Source: Minisyncoccota bacterium (GTDB lineage Bacteria; Patescibacteriota; Minisyncoccia; Phycocordibacterales; JACRKE01). Taken from it: DNA of 64,000 bases. Shown here in pieces: positions 41,436 through 51,534 of the stretch. Where the stretch lies: contig JBAZWG010000001.1 of assembly GCA_041660505.1 (NCBI GenBank), positions 375,183 through 439,182 of the forward strand, read 5' to 3'. A program made the position numbers and the translations under genes. Position 1 is the stretch's first letter. Every line of letters begins with the position of its first letter. A model generated the notes under the pieces. That model had not been told where the DNA came from. It did no database searches and worked only from the letters and a program-made list of their open reading frames with translations.

Positions 41436-41707
41436 ATCTTAATTGTACTCTACCCTCGTCGTCAGCACAAATTAACACAGCCCGTTTCAATCAGAAATCG
41501 GGCTGTTGGTTGCGCACTTTCGTACTACTTTGGGCGGCACTAGCCCTAAACTCCTGGACATGGGGAAACCGACAGCTTCTCTTCACTCAAGAAGAGAAGT
41601 AAACTCCTCTAACTCTCCACAAGGATTCGCTGGCCATATTACTAACCAACGGTTACCGGTTTACAGTTACCATGAGTCACCATAGTCATCCCGTTATCAA
41701 ACGAGAC

Positions 41708-42208
41708 TCAACATGAACTGCTCGTTCTCTCGTCATCGTATTCCTGCATGGCGTCCTCGATTTCCATATCACACTCGGCCTTGAATTCGACCTGATTCGT
41801 GATTTTGGTAATCTCGGAGTAATCCATTGAGAGGAAATAGCGGTGTACGAAAGATTCGAGAAGCTCGTGCCGAAGCCTGCCCGGGTTATGCTCAGAGTTG
41901 AGCACCGGCCAAGATGGACGGTAGTACCTCTCCCAATCCCAGCTGCGGTTCTCGAATTCCAGAGCGAAAAGTCGGGCGAAGCCCTTCAATTCGACCCAGG
42001 AAATCGTGAAGTAGACGCTGCCGGTCTTGTTTGGGTCTACAACTACATTGTTGCACCCAACGTTGGGATCCATGAAGTAAACGGTAAGGCCCCACCAATG
42101 TTCGCTAAGGCAAAGCATCAAGGTCTTGAGAACCTCGTCTCGCCAGGCGCGCCGCTTGCGTTCCTGAAGCAGGTTTGCCTTGATTCGAAACAATTCCAAC
42201 TGGTCCAT
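41708..42208 (-). CDS. Orphan protein with a strong SD
   Basis: GGAGGAGGAAATTC-ATG; promoter-like TTGACA at 42371-42376 on the minus strand. Confidence 0.65.
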   Translation of the reverse strand: MDQLELFRIKANLLQERKRRAWRDEVLKTLMLCLSEHWWGLTVYFMDPNVGCNNVVVDPNKTGSVYFTISWVELKGFARLFALEFENRSWDWERYYRPSWPVLNSEHNPGRLRHELLESFVHRYFLSMDYSEITKITNQVEFKAECDMEIEDAMQEYDDERTSSSC

Positions 42209-42518
42209 GAATTTCCTCCTCCGGCCGGAGGCCGGGGTTTGGAGTCCAAAGTCTTTTCAGACTCCGTTGCCAAGAAAAAGCATATTTTTAGCCATGCCTT
42301 GGTAACGAAGTCTGGTAGTACGTTTTAAATGAACTTATTGGAATATATAATAACACTATATCAGTATATTTGTCAAGTATCAGTCGCCCACACCTCCTTT
42401 AAGTATCCTGGAAAATAAGCGTGGCGCAAGATTACCGGAAGTATTTGGCATAGTTTGCGTTCTTATAAGCTTTGGTGTATGATAACGTCATATTACAATA
42501 TCATATAATAAAAATACC

Positions 42519-42743
42519 ATGAGTACATTATCTGTTCCATTGACTCCGCAGCTTGAGGCGTTCATCAACAGTATGGTGAAGCAGGGCAAGGCTGAAAATA
42601 AGGCCCAGGTGGTGCGGCAGGCCATCGCGAAGATGGAGGAAGACGAGGAAACCAATGAGGTACTGCTCGCCTACCGCGAGATAGAAGAGGGTAGGGGCCT
42701 GCGTGGAGACCTACGCGAGATTGCGAAGAAATTCAAGAATTAG
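42519..42743 (+). CDS. ParD/CopG-like ribbon-helix-helix antitoxin
   Basis: LSVPLTPQLEAFINSMVKQG..NKAQVVRQAI. Confidence 0.8.
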   Translation: MSTLSVPLTPQLEAFINSMVKQGKAENKAQVVRQAIAKMEEDEETNEVLLAYREIEEGRGLRGDLREIAKKFKN

Positions 42744-42744
42744 T

Positions 42745-43002
42745 ATGGATATCCAATACGCGCCTAAGTTCATTCGCCAATTCAATAAATTAGATAAGCA
42801 CCTGCAAGCTGAGGTATACGAAAAAATAGAGGTTTTCAAATCCGGACAGAACACCGAATCACTAAGAATTCATAAACTGAATGGCAAACTAAAAAATGAA
42901 CTTGGTTTTTGGGTAAACTTCCGTATCAGAATTCGCTACGTTAAAAAGCCAGACGGAGGGTACTGGTTCCTCCGCGTTGGAGACCATAATATCTACGATT
43001 AA
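42745..43002 (+). CDS. RelE/ParE-family toxin
   Basis: MDIQYAPKF..LRIHKLNGKL..RIR..VGDH.IY; ATG 1 bp after the antitoxin stop. Confidence 0.8.
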   Translation: MDIQYAPKFIRQFNKLDKHLQAEVYEKIEVFKSGQNTESLRIHKLNGKLKNELGFWVNFRIRIRYVKKPDGGYWFLRVGDHNIYD

Positions 43003-43088
43003 CTAAAATCAAAAACCGCCAATTTTTTGGTGGTTTTTGTGTTGCCCATGAGTCCTCCTTTCGAAATTTACTCCTGGGCGGGAAAGAA

Positions 43089-43472
43089 CTAGGCCTGCTC
43101 GTCGGCAGGCAGAGATTGGCCTCGTGTGAGCGGGCGACAGATGCCGAGCACAACCTTGACGCGTTCCGTTGTAGCGGCGAGAAGTGCCCGGAAGATGTAC
43201 TCGGCCACCCGCCAGTCAATCTGTTGGCCGTTGGCCCAAGCCCGGCAAGTAGCCTCTGCACTCTGTGCAGAGGCTACGTCGTACAGGTACTCGAGGCCTG
43301 GTTTCCCCGTTCGCTCGAGTTCGCGGGCAATATTAACCACGTCCTTGGAACTAGCGTCTGCCAAGACTGCGAGCAGACGCCTCCGTTCTTGGTCGTTTCT
43401 GATCAGAGTAAGGACGAGCGCAGCATAAGCCCGACGATCGTCCAAGTCCGGAATTATCGGCCGATAAACCAC
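43089..43472 (-). CDS. Orphan protein with a strong SD
   Basis: AAGGAGGTGAAAG-GTG start; 127 aa. Confidence 0.6.
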   Translation of the reverse strand: MVYRPIIPDLDDRRAYAALVLTLIRNDQERRRLLAVLADASSKDVVNIARELERTGKPGLEYLYDVASAQSAEATCRAWANGQQIDWRVAEYIFRALLAATTERVKVVLGICRPLTRGQSLPADEQA

Positions 43473-43572
43473 CTTTCACCTCCTTGTAACCGTTACAAGC
43501 ACACCGTCTGTAATACTAGCATGCAAAAAAAGATTGACAATGAGCCCTGAAGAAAAAGCAAGGGTGTTTTAT

Positions 43573-45324
43573 CTACGCCACTTCGGCGTTGTAGCAGCTC
43601 TCGCAGTATACTATCTCCGGTTTATTGGGCGAATACGCTGTTCTGATATCCTTACCGCACTTCGCGCATTGCCTATCGTATAATTCCAGTTTACTGCGCT
43701 GTTCGAGGCGCTCGTAATGCCGACAGGCGGGGCAAAGATGCGGCACGGGTATATTATTATCGCGATAAAACTGCAGCTCCGCGGGAATAATTTTGAATGC
43801 GGTTGCGCATTGCTGCGAGCAGTTACCTGCATGTTCACAGCCGATAATCTCATTAAGTATCGTATCCGGGGTATCTTTGATTCTGTCAGGAATATTTTCT
43901 GGTTTGAGCGTAATGCTGAAACTTTTTTCTGCAGACTTGCGCCAGGCGAACTTCATTGCCGCCGCTTCTGCGGCGTTTAATGGAAAGTAGTCAAAGGCTA
44001 TTGTCTCGTTGTAAGCCCAAGGAGAGAACTCGGGCGGGAAGAACTCGCCATATGAATAGACGCGCCCTTTCGTATCTTGATACGGCACATCTTTCATATG
44101 CTGAATGATTTTCGGCACGAGCGCTTGATACTCCTCTCTACTATACTGCTTGTTCAGGATGCAATACTCCTTTTTGCGCAGGCCAACACAACCGAATAAA
44201 TTGGCCGAGCTGGAACAGAGCACAGAATACTCAATGTCATGCACACCTTCTTGAACATAAAGACAGAATTTAATACGGTTTGTATCGATACCGCAGGCGC
44301 AACATTCATAATCTAGTTGATTGTTGCCGCCCCAGATAGAGAAATCGTAGCAATCTTTACTGCCCGGAATCTCTTGCATATATTGGCAATAACGCAAATC
44401 TTCGCCCTCGCGGATCAAGAAACTATCTTTAACATTCTTACTGTGACTGATATAGCTGCCACTCACATCACTGTTGTGCGAGCCGACCAGATATTTGTTC
44501 GGGAACTTGAGCCAGAATTCATGTGCCTGCTTCTTTATCTTTTCTAAATTCTGATGCGAATTCCAATCAAGCTCTGCAAGTTTCTTAAAATACTCTTCTT
44601 TCGAATACGACTCGTTCCATATATGATATTTCTGATTGCGCAAACCGACACAGCCGACGCAGTCTGAACAGCCGACGCAATTTTTACTGAAGAGCATGTT
44701 TACGCAGCTTTCGCATTCGGCAGAGAAGAAAGTTTTTGCGCATGACGTGAGCCAGAAGCTTTCATAACATTGCTCTGATTTTCCTAAATGCGAAACATCT
44801 ACAGAATCTAGCGTATGCGTGAGCCCGTTTGAGTACATACAGTTTTCCGAATCACTGCAATTAAAAGCGAGATAGCAATTCTTTGGATTAGTAAAGTGAT
44901 TAACATAATCACTTCCAACACCGTTCACCACGTTCAAGTTCTTCATCGGCACATTCTTCCAAAGATCTCGCACCTGTTCCAAGAATGGCTTATTGAAGTC
45001 AATATCGACTCCATATTCCATCGGGTCCCAAGCGTCAGAAAGCCACACATCTTTCTCATACACTTTGTATCCTGACTCTTGCGAATACATCGAGAAGATA
45101 TCTTTGCCCGTAGCGGCACTTTTGATTTTATACAAATTTCGCTCGTTGCGAAAAGCAAAGCGGCGTTGGGCGCGACACAGAGAGCACCAAGTCGGCGGGG
45201 GAACATCTACCTTTGCGTAGAAAGTAAAATCTTGCACGTCTATAACAAAACTCTTTTTGCAACTCTGGCACACTTTTGTTTCACTGTTTGTTTGCGTATT
45301 CATATCAACATTCTGCATTACCAA
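43573..45324 (-). CDS. Cys-rich multi-zinc-ribbon protein, paralog of 17013-18704
   Basis: CQSC, CSLC..RRFAFRNER, YCILNKQY, GEFFP, IVYCESCY; true start probably a few codons in. Confidence 0.85.
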   Translation of the reverse strand: MVMQNVDMNTQTNSETKVCQSCKKSFVIDVQDFTFYAKVDVPPPTWCSLCRAQRRFAFRNERNLYKIKSAATGKDIFSMYSQESGYKVYEKDVWLSDAWDPMEYGVDIDFNKPFLEQVRDLWKNVPMKNLNVVNGVGSDYVNHFTNPKNCYLAFNCSDSENCMYSNGLTHTLDSVDVSHLGKSEQCYESFWLTSCAKTFFSAECESCVNMLFSKNCVGCSDCVGCVGLRNQKYHIWNESYSKEEYFKKLAELDWNSHQNLEKIKKQAHEFWLKFPNKYLVGSHNSDVSGSYISHSKNVKDSFLIREGEDLRYCQYMQEIPGSKDCYDFSIWGGNNQLDYECCACGIDTNRIKFCLYVQEGVHDIEYSVLCSSSANLFGCVGLRKKEYCILNKQYSREEYQALVPKIIQHMKDVPYQDTKGRVYSYGEFFPPEFSPWAYNETIAFDYFPLNAAEAAAMKFAWRKSAEKSFSITLKPENIPDRIKDTPDTILNEIIGCEHAGNCSQQCATAFKIIPAELQFYRDNNIPVPHLCPACRHYERLEQRSKLELYDRQCAKCGKDIRTAYSPNKPEIVYCESCYNAEVA

Positions 45325-45389
45325 GCGTAATGAGTCAATTCTTGTCAGACAATTGTTGACAGAACACTGACAACGAGTATAATATCATT

Positions 45390-46148
45390 ATGATTAAGCC
45401 AATCTTAAGTAAGCTCGGTTTGAGTGAGAGCGAGATCGCTGTGTACAGTCAGGTGGTAAGGCATCGGCTTTGCACACCGGCACTGATTGCCCGCGAGACC
45501 AAGTTAAATAGACCGACGGTATACAACATCTGTAAGAAATTGGTCGCCCGCGGCCTACTTATTGAGGATTTGGGTGATAAGACCTTAAAATTACTGCCTA
45601 CAGCGCCAGATGAACTCGCTTCTATATTAAAACGGGACGAAGAGGAACTTAAAAATAAAGCACTGGTGCTGGAGCAATTGGGTAATGAGCTCGCGCTTAT
45701 GAAGAGCAGCAGGACGTACCCCGTGCCAAGAGTACGTTTTATAGAACAGGATCGGCTCAATGCGTATATGCATACACAAACGCCGACGTGGAACACGAGC
45801 ATCGGTAATTACGATAATATCTGGTGGGGATTCCAAGACCATACTTTTGTGGAGCAGTACAAAGAGTATATTTTGTGGTTCTGGAGGACAGCTGATGAGA
45901 GTATTAGCCTTAATTTACTTAGCAATAGCGCGCCAATAGAGGAGGAGATGAAAACAGAGAATTTCACACGTCGCCACATAAAGCCGTGGGACAAGGGCAT
46001 GATGTTTAGTGCCACGACATGGGTATTAGGCGACTATCTCGTTATGATTGTAACCGACAAAGAGCCGCATTACCTTGTAGAAATCCACGACGAACGCATG
46101 GCGGGGAACTTTCGCGAGTTGTTTAAGAACATTTGGGGATTGATTTAG
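45390..46148 (+). CDS. TrmB-family transcriptional regulator
   Basis: LGLSESEIAVY, RPTVYNICKKL..RGL, PRVRF.E, FRELFKNIW. Confidence 0.88.
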   Translation: MIKPILSKLGLSESEIAVYSQVVRHRLCTPALIARETKLNRPTVYNICKKLVARGLLIEDLGDKTLKLLPTAPDELASILKRDEEELKNKALVLEQLGNELALMKSSRTYPVPRVRFIEQDRLNAYMHTQTPTWNTSIGNYDNIWWGFQDHTFVEQYKEYILWFWRTADESISLNLLSNSAPIEEEMKTENFTRRHIKPWDKGMMFSATTWVLGDYLVMIVTDKEPHYLVEIHDERMAGNFRELFKNIWGLI

Positions 46149-46633
46149 ACCAGAGGCTCACAGCTGTTTACCGAGTCGGCGTAGGGCCACGCTCGTACTC
46201 GAGTGGGGTAAAGACGCGAGGGAGACAGCTGTGAGCCTCTGGTCTTGAGTAAAACAATAAAGGCTTGCGGGGGTTGGGAACTACCGTTTCATGGTACTTC
46301 ACACTCCCCACAAGCCTTTTGTTCTGCTTGCGCAGACGTTGTTCGTTAATCACGCTATCAAGCTTCCCTAACATTCCTTCGTCTTCACAAAACTCTTTCC
46401 GAACTCAAATCGTCGGAGAACGAGTTGTGATGTCCTTTAGCTCTGACCTATAAAAAATTGAGCTTGGACAACGACTTAGGCAACGTGTGCCTTATTCATG
46501 ATTACCGTGCAACGAACTATGACTGATAGAAGTATCTCATACCAGTTATAAAGGACAAGTGGATAACTTTTTATGTCCTACAGATATATCGCGTCAAGTA
46601 ACGCTAGACTAAAGCGTAGATATGTGCTTAAAT

Positions 46634-46890
46634 GATGTCGGCAAAGTACCTCTCTCGAGCGACGGGCATGGCACTCCGTAACTGCCGTGGATGCGGTCAG
46701 GCTTGAATATCGGCCTATTTTGTCGAGATTCAGGCCACTATGTGCAAACCTCGAGCCGCATATCGAGGACCTGTTCTGTGGAGCACCCCAAAGCTCCGTC
46801 GGCCAAAAAGCCGAGCAGACCGGGCGCACAGGCGTCAAACAGAGAGGTGGGGCCAGTACGGCTGGGGAACATCGTGTTCCCCAGCCGTTT
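46634..46890 (+). ncRNA. Candidate structured ncRNA ending in a terminator
   Basis: Closing helix ACCTCTCT(46648)/AGAGAGGT(46841), several internal hairpins, 13-bp hairpin 46858-46888; no credible ORF. Confidence 0.4.
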
Positions 46891-46954
46891 CCACTTCTAG
46901 CGCCCAAGAAAGCCTTATTTGCAAAATGCCTCTTTATATAGTACAATGTTGCCC

Positions 46955-47218
46955 ATGTTAACAAAAACTAAAAAAGCAAAGGTTATTAAGAAAGTTCAGT
47001 CACACGAGACCGACACAGGCTCGGCCGCTGTGCAGGTTGCCATTTTATCAGAACGCATTGTTGAGCTCACAACGCATTTGAAAAAGAACAAGAAGGACAA
47101 TCACTCGCGAAGAGGATTACTCCAGATGGTCGCCGATCGCCGTTCCCACCTCAAATATTTAGAAAAAAAGGACCCCAAGGTCCACAAGAAACTGGTAAAA
47201 GAGCTTTCGCTCGCCTAG
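46955..47218 (+). CDS. rpsO: 30S ribosomal protein S15
   Basis: DTGSAAVQVAIL..HLKKNKKDNHSRRGLL; start ATG 46955. Confidence 0.97.
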   Translation: MLTKTKKAKVIKKVQSHETDTGSAAVQVAILSERIVELTTHLKKNKKDNHSRRGLLQMVADRRSHLKYLEKKDPKVHKKLVKELSLA

Positions 47219-47236
47219 TTTCTCTAACATTTTAAT

Positions 47237-47779
47237 ATGTCCATAATCAAACACAAAGCCCAGCGTGTCGGGGTGTTTATCGATACGCAAAATATGTATC
47301 ACAGCGCGCGCAACCTTTACAACGCGCGCCTAAACTTCGGTGCCGTGCTCGAAGACGCCGTCGCCGGACGCTTTCTTGTCCGCGCTATCGCTTACGTTAT
47401 TACCACAGAATCGGCCGAGGAACAGCCTTTCTTCGAAGCGTTGGTTAAGCTCGGTATCGAGACCAAGACCAAAGACCTCCAGATATTCTCGAGCGGTGCC
47501 AAGAAGGCCGACTGGGACGTCGGCATAGCCATGGACGCCGTAAAAATGGCTCCACGCCTAGACGCTATTATCTTGGTAGCAGGGGATGGCGACTTCGTCC
47601 CGATGGTGGAATATCTAAGGGCCGAGACCGGCGCCCAAGTAGAAGTGGTGGCCTTCGGCAAGACCACGTCCGGCAAACTCCGCGAGGCGGCCGACGACTT
47701 CATCGACCTCGGCGAGAATCCTGATCGTTATTTAATACGCCCAACTAACCGCAGAACATATGCAAAAAAAGGAGTATAA
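47237..47779 (+). CDS. NYN-domain (LabA/DUF88) protein
   Basis: VFIDTQN, KADWDV, GDGDF, AADDFIDL. Confidence 0.9.
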   Translation: MSIIKHKAQRVGVFIDTQNMYHSARNLYNARLNFGAVLEDAVAGRFLVRAIAYVITTESAEEQPFFEALVKLGIETKTKDLQIFSSGAKKADWDVGIAMDAVKMAPRLDAIILVAGDGDFVPMVEYLRAETGAQVEVVAFGKTTSGKLREAADDFIDLGENPDRYLIRPTNRRTYAKKGV

Positions 47780-49871
47780 GCTTGAACTGGCCGGTAAAAG
47801 CATTACGGCAGAATTTAATGACCTGGCCAACCAGACGAACGGCTCTGTTATCGTCAGTATGGGTAACACCAGGGTGCTCGCGACAGTAGTAATGTCCAAG
47901 AAAGACCGCGAGGGTATCGACTTCTTCCCGCTCGTCGTTGATTATGAAGAGAAGTTCTACGCCGCCGGCAAGATCCTCGGCGGGCAGTTCATAAGACGCG
48001 AAGGCAGACCTTCCGACGAAGCGATTCTGACTGGCCGTGTTGTTGACCGCACCATTCGCCCGCTCTTCAACCAGAAGATGCGCAAAGAGGTGCAAGTGGT
48101 ACTGACCGCTCTGGCAGTGGATGATGACAACGACACCGATATTCCGGCAATCTTAGGCGCTTCGCTCGCGTTAGCCGTATCCGACATCCCGTGGGATGGA
48201 CCTGTCGGTGCCACGCGCGTCTGCGGTTATGCCGATGCGACACTTGAGCTTAATCCTGACCATGCCAAGCGTGAGACATCCGCCTTCGACATGGTTATCT
48301 GCGGTAAGGCCGAGACTATCAACATGATAGAAGCCGAGGCAAAGGAAATTCCGGAGACTGTGGCTGTGTCTGCGTTAAATCTGGCACTCGAAGCAATTTC
48401 TAAACTCGAAGCTTGGCAGAAGCAGATTGTGAGCGAGATTGGCAAGAAGAAAGTTTCTTTCACGTTTCCAGAAACACCGACAGAACTTACCGCACTTTTT
48501 AATTCAGAAATTAAATCCAAGATGCCCCTCGCCATATTCAGTGGCGCAGGACACGAGGGAATACACGGTATTCAAGACGAATGGATGAGTTTAGTGGCCG
48601 AGAAATTCCCGGAAGGTAATCACAAGACATTTGCCTCACACCTCTTCGAAGACACTATCAATGACTTGGTGCATGAAGAGGCTATCGCAAATAACAAAAG
48701 ACCCGATGGCCGTAAGATGGATGAGGTGCGTGAACTCTATGCGCAAGCAGGAGGAGTTTCACCTTTACTCCACGGCACCGGCATCTTCTATCGCGGGGGT
48801 ACGCACGTTTTGACCGCGCTCACTTTGGGCGGGCCTAAGGATTCACAAATTCTCGACGGTATGGAGGTAGAAGGCAAGAAGTACTTTATGCATCACTACA
48901 ACTTCCCGCCATTCTCGTCCGGCGAGACAGGCAGAATGGGTGGCATCAATCGTCGCGCGACCGGGCATGGTGCACTGGCCGAGAAGGCCCTTAAAGCGAC
49001 TCTGCCTTCACGCGATGTCTTCCCGTATACAATAAGACTCGTTTCGGAATCAATGGCATCGAATGGCTCGACCTCGCAAGCATCGATCTGCGCCTCGACC
49101 TTGGCCCTCATGGACGGCGGTGTACCCATCACTCGCCCGACGGCCGGTATCGCGATGGGGCTAATGTCATATCCTGATGGTAGATATAAAGTGCTGACAG
49201 ACATTCAAGGCCCGGAGGATCATCACGGTGATATGGACTTCAAAGTTGCCGGTACGACGGTCGGCGTCACGGCCATCCAGATGGACGTGAAAGTCGGCGG
49301 AATATCGGTAAAAGTTCTCTCCGAGGCCCTCGAACAAGGCAAGCAAGCGCGTTTACAAATAATTAGGACTATCGAAACAGCTATTCCGGCCCCGCGCGCA
49401 GACTTGGCACCAAATGCGCCAAGAATCGCTATTGTCAAAATCAATCCGGAGAAGATCGGCGCTCTTATCGGCCCCGGCGGCAAAGTCATTCAGGGTATTA
49501 CCGCCTCAACCGGCGCGGATATTAATGTGGAGCAGGACGGCTCGGTCTTCATCTTGGGTAAAAAGGAACAGGTTGAGCTCGCCAAGAAACTCGTTGACGG
49601 AATAACTCATGAATATAAGGCCGGGGAGAAATTCGAAGGCCCGATTGTGCGCATCATGGACTTCGGCTTCTTCGTTGAGCTCTCGCCGAACCAAGACGGC
49701 ATGGTACACGTATCGGAAATGGCCTCATTCAGGGTGAACAACATCCGTGACTATGTAAAAGAGGGGGACAGAGTGCCTGTCGTAGTAAAAGAAATAGACG
49801 AAAAAGGCAGAGTCAACCTCTCCATCAAACGCGCGAACCCGAATTTCTTTACGGAAAAGAAGTCTGCGTAA
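47760..49871 (+). CDS. pnp: Polyribonucleotide nucleotidyltransferase
   Basis: FFPLVVDYEE, SNGSTSQAS, DHHGDMDFKVAG, KH and S1 domains. Confidence 0.98.
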   Translation: MQKKEYKLELAGKSITAEFNDLANQTNGSVIVSMGNTRVLATVVMSKKDREGIDFFPLVVDYEEKFYAAGKILGGQFIRREGRPSDEAILTGRVVDRTIRPLFNQKMRKEVQVVLTALAVDDDNDTDIPAILGASLALAVSDIPWDGPVGATRVCGYADATLELNPDHAKRETSAFDMVICGKAETINMIEAEAKEIPETVAVSALNLALEAISKLEAWQKQIVSEIGKKKVSFTFPETPTELTALFNSEIKSKMPLAIFSGAGHEGIHGIQDEWMSLVAEKFPEGNHKTFASHLFEDTINDLVHEEAIANNKRPDGRKMDEVRELYAQAGGVSPLLHGTGIFYRGGTHVLTALTLGGPKDSQILDGMEVEGKKYFMHHYNFPPFSSGETGRMGGINRRATGHGALAEKALKATLPSRDVFPYTIRLVSESMASNGSTSQASICASTLALMDGGVPITRPTAGIAMGLMSYPDGRYKVLTDIQGPEDHHGDMDFKVAGTTVGVTAIQMDVKVGGISVKVLSEALEQGKQARLQIIRTIETAIPAPRADLAPNAPRIAIVKINPEKIGALIGPGGKVIQGITASTGADINVEQDGSVFILGKKEQVELAKKLVDGITHEYKAGEKFEGPIVRIMDFGFFVELSPNQDGMVHVSEMASFRVNNIRDYVKEGDRVPVVVKEIDEKGRVNLSIKRANPNFFTEKKSA

Positions 49872-49995
49872 ATCGCATCGTCTCTAATTTTAGAAGCCGT
49901 GCTTCTGTGAGCCCGAAGCGCGGCTTCTGCGTTTTCGAGTCGTAAGTATTTTTGTCTCCTTGCGTCATAAGTAGGAATGTAGTAAAGTAGGAATT

Positions 49996-50286
49996 ATGAA
50001 AACATTCGAAAAAATTGTATATGCAAGTGAAAAAGGACAGATAACCCTGCCGGTAGCTTGGCGGTCACAAACGGGCACAAATATGTTTCGTATTAAGGCG
50101 CATACACCGGGAAATCTCGAGGTTGTACCCGTTCAGGACCAAGAAGACGAGGAAACTGGCTGGGTAACGGTCTTTAACAAAGATCGTGACAATAACGGCA
50201 AAGGGTTGCCTGCATCAGAATTTATTCGAGTGCTTCGTAAAATCAGGAAAGAAGAAGACGGCAGGAAATCAAAGAGAAAGAAATGA
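49996..50286 (+). CDS. AbrB/MazE-like antitoxin
   Basis: EKGQITLPVAWR; overlaps the downstream toxin start. Confidence 0.75.
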   Translation: MKTFEKIVYASEKGQITLPVAWRSQTGTNMFRIKAHTPGNLEVVPVQDQEDEETGWVTVFNKDRDNNGKGLPASEFIRVLRKIRKEEDGRKSKRKK

Positions 50287-50516
50287 AGTATTGGGAGAAA
50301 TTACTGCGCCGAGCCTCCAGATTTGATCGTAACCAGGTTGAAGCCGCAATCGAGATAATTCTGGCACGTAAATTTCCACCGAATACTCTCCCATTAAAAG
50401 GAATAGATCATTTTCGTACCCGAGTGGGGGACTGGCGGATTGAGTTTCATCACGTCGATAAGATTGTACTCATAGATAAAGTCGGCCGCCGAAACGAGAG
50501 GACTTACAAGCAATAA
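50283..50516 (+). CDS. RelE/ParE-family toxin
   Basis: PLKG..HFRTRVGDWRI.F...GRRNERTY. Confidence 0.8.
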   Translation: MKYWEKLLRRASRFDRNQVEAAIEIILARKFPPNTLPLKGIDHFRTRVGDWRIEFHHVDKIVLIDKVGRRNERTYKQ

Positions 50517-50518
50517 CT

Positions 50519-50555
50519 AAAAAACACCTTTCGACATGCTCAAGGTGTTTTTTAG
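50519..50555 (+). terminator. Intrinsic terminator
   Basis: aaaaaacacctt...aaggtgtttttt. Confidence 0.75.
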
Positions 50556-50742
50556 TCTGGAGAGCGGAACGGAGTGTTCCTTGCGGCTGCTCTCATCAGC
50601 CGATTGGTTGCTTAGCTTGCGCTATGCATCGACGTTGTCGCGCTGATTGAATTCAACCTCCAATCAAGGAGAGTTAAGCAGATAACGACGCGATTAGCAA
50701 TGCACTGGGCGTTTTTGTGTTTCTTTTGTATACTAGAGGCAT

Positions 50743-51534
50743 ATGCCAGATCAAAATACAACTCCAACACCACAGCCAGAAGCCGCGCTTCAAATCCCCA
50801 CCGCGCCTGCCGGCGGGCAGGGAAGCACGGCTTCGAATGCAACACCCACGCCTATAATCGACCCGACGGTAAAAACTGCGGCGGTTTCGGCTTTGTCAGG
50901 ACTCGACAAAAAATCCTTCGCCGAGCAGATATTGGCACAGACCGAGAAGCTTGCCGAGCAAGTGGTGCAGAATCCGCCGGCATATGGCGCCGGTGGCGAT
51001 GCGCACTTGATTAAGGATGAAAAACTAAAGGAGTCGGCGATGCAAGCGTTAGAGGGAGACAAGTGGCACGAGAAACGACTCGAAGAGGAGGCGCGACAAA
51101 AACTAGAAGATCAAAAACAACAATTGCTTGTTGAAAAAGAATCAGCCAAAGCCGAGATAGAGAAACTTGATCGCGAGAAAGAGGTCTTCGAACTCCAGTG
51201 GGTGAACTTGAACGACCAGAAGGCGCCGATAGACGCTGAGCTCCAGACTATAATTAATGAAGAAACTCGCCTCGAGGGTGAGGAAAAAAAGAAAGAACAA
51301 GAAGAGATTGCGGCGGAGAAACCAGAAGACCGCAAGGTCATGGAAGAGGCTCGTTGGCAGATCCAACAAGAGCGTCATGCCACGGAAGAGAAAAAGTGGG
51401 CGACGCAGGACAAGGTGAGTACTCTTATGACCGCCATGCAAGCCTTAAGTACGAAATATCAGGAGATCTTGGCGCAAGAGGACATTCGTAAGCGCCGAAT
51501 CCAGGAGATAGATAACGATATCAAGAATCTTTAA
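50743..51534 (+). CDS. Coiled-coil hypothetical protein
   Basis: E/K/Q-rich heptads with periodic Trp. Confidence 0.75.
   Translation: MPDQNTTPTPQPEAALQIPTAPAGGQGSTASNATPTPIIDPTVKTAAVSALSGLDKKSFAEQILAQTEKLAEQVVQNPPAYGAGGDAHLIKDEKLKESAMQALEGDKWHEKRLEEEARQKLEDQKQQLLVEKESAKAEIEKLDREKEVFELQWVNLNDQKAPIDAELQTIINEETRLEGEEKKKEQEEIAAEKPEDRKVMEEARWQIQQERHATEEKKWATQDKVSTLMTAMQALSTKYQEILAQEDIRKRRIQEIDNDIKNL

Noticed and set aside
40400-41500. dif site beside xerC
   Set aside because: No convincing 11-6-11 dif-like sequence seen by eye.
43001-43049. Second SD-led ORF (GAAAGGAGG-actc-ATG) downstream of 43089
   Set aside because: Only about 16 codons and runs into the terminator of the TA pair; may be a remnant but cannot be supported.
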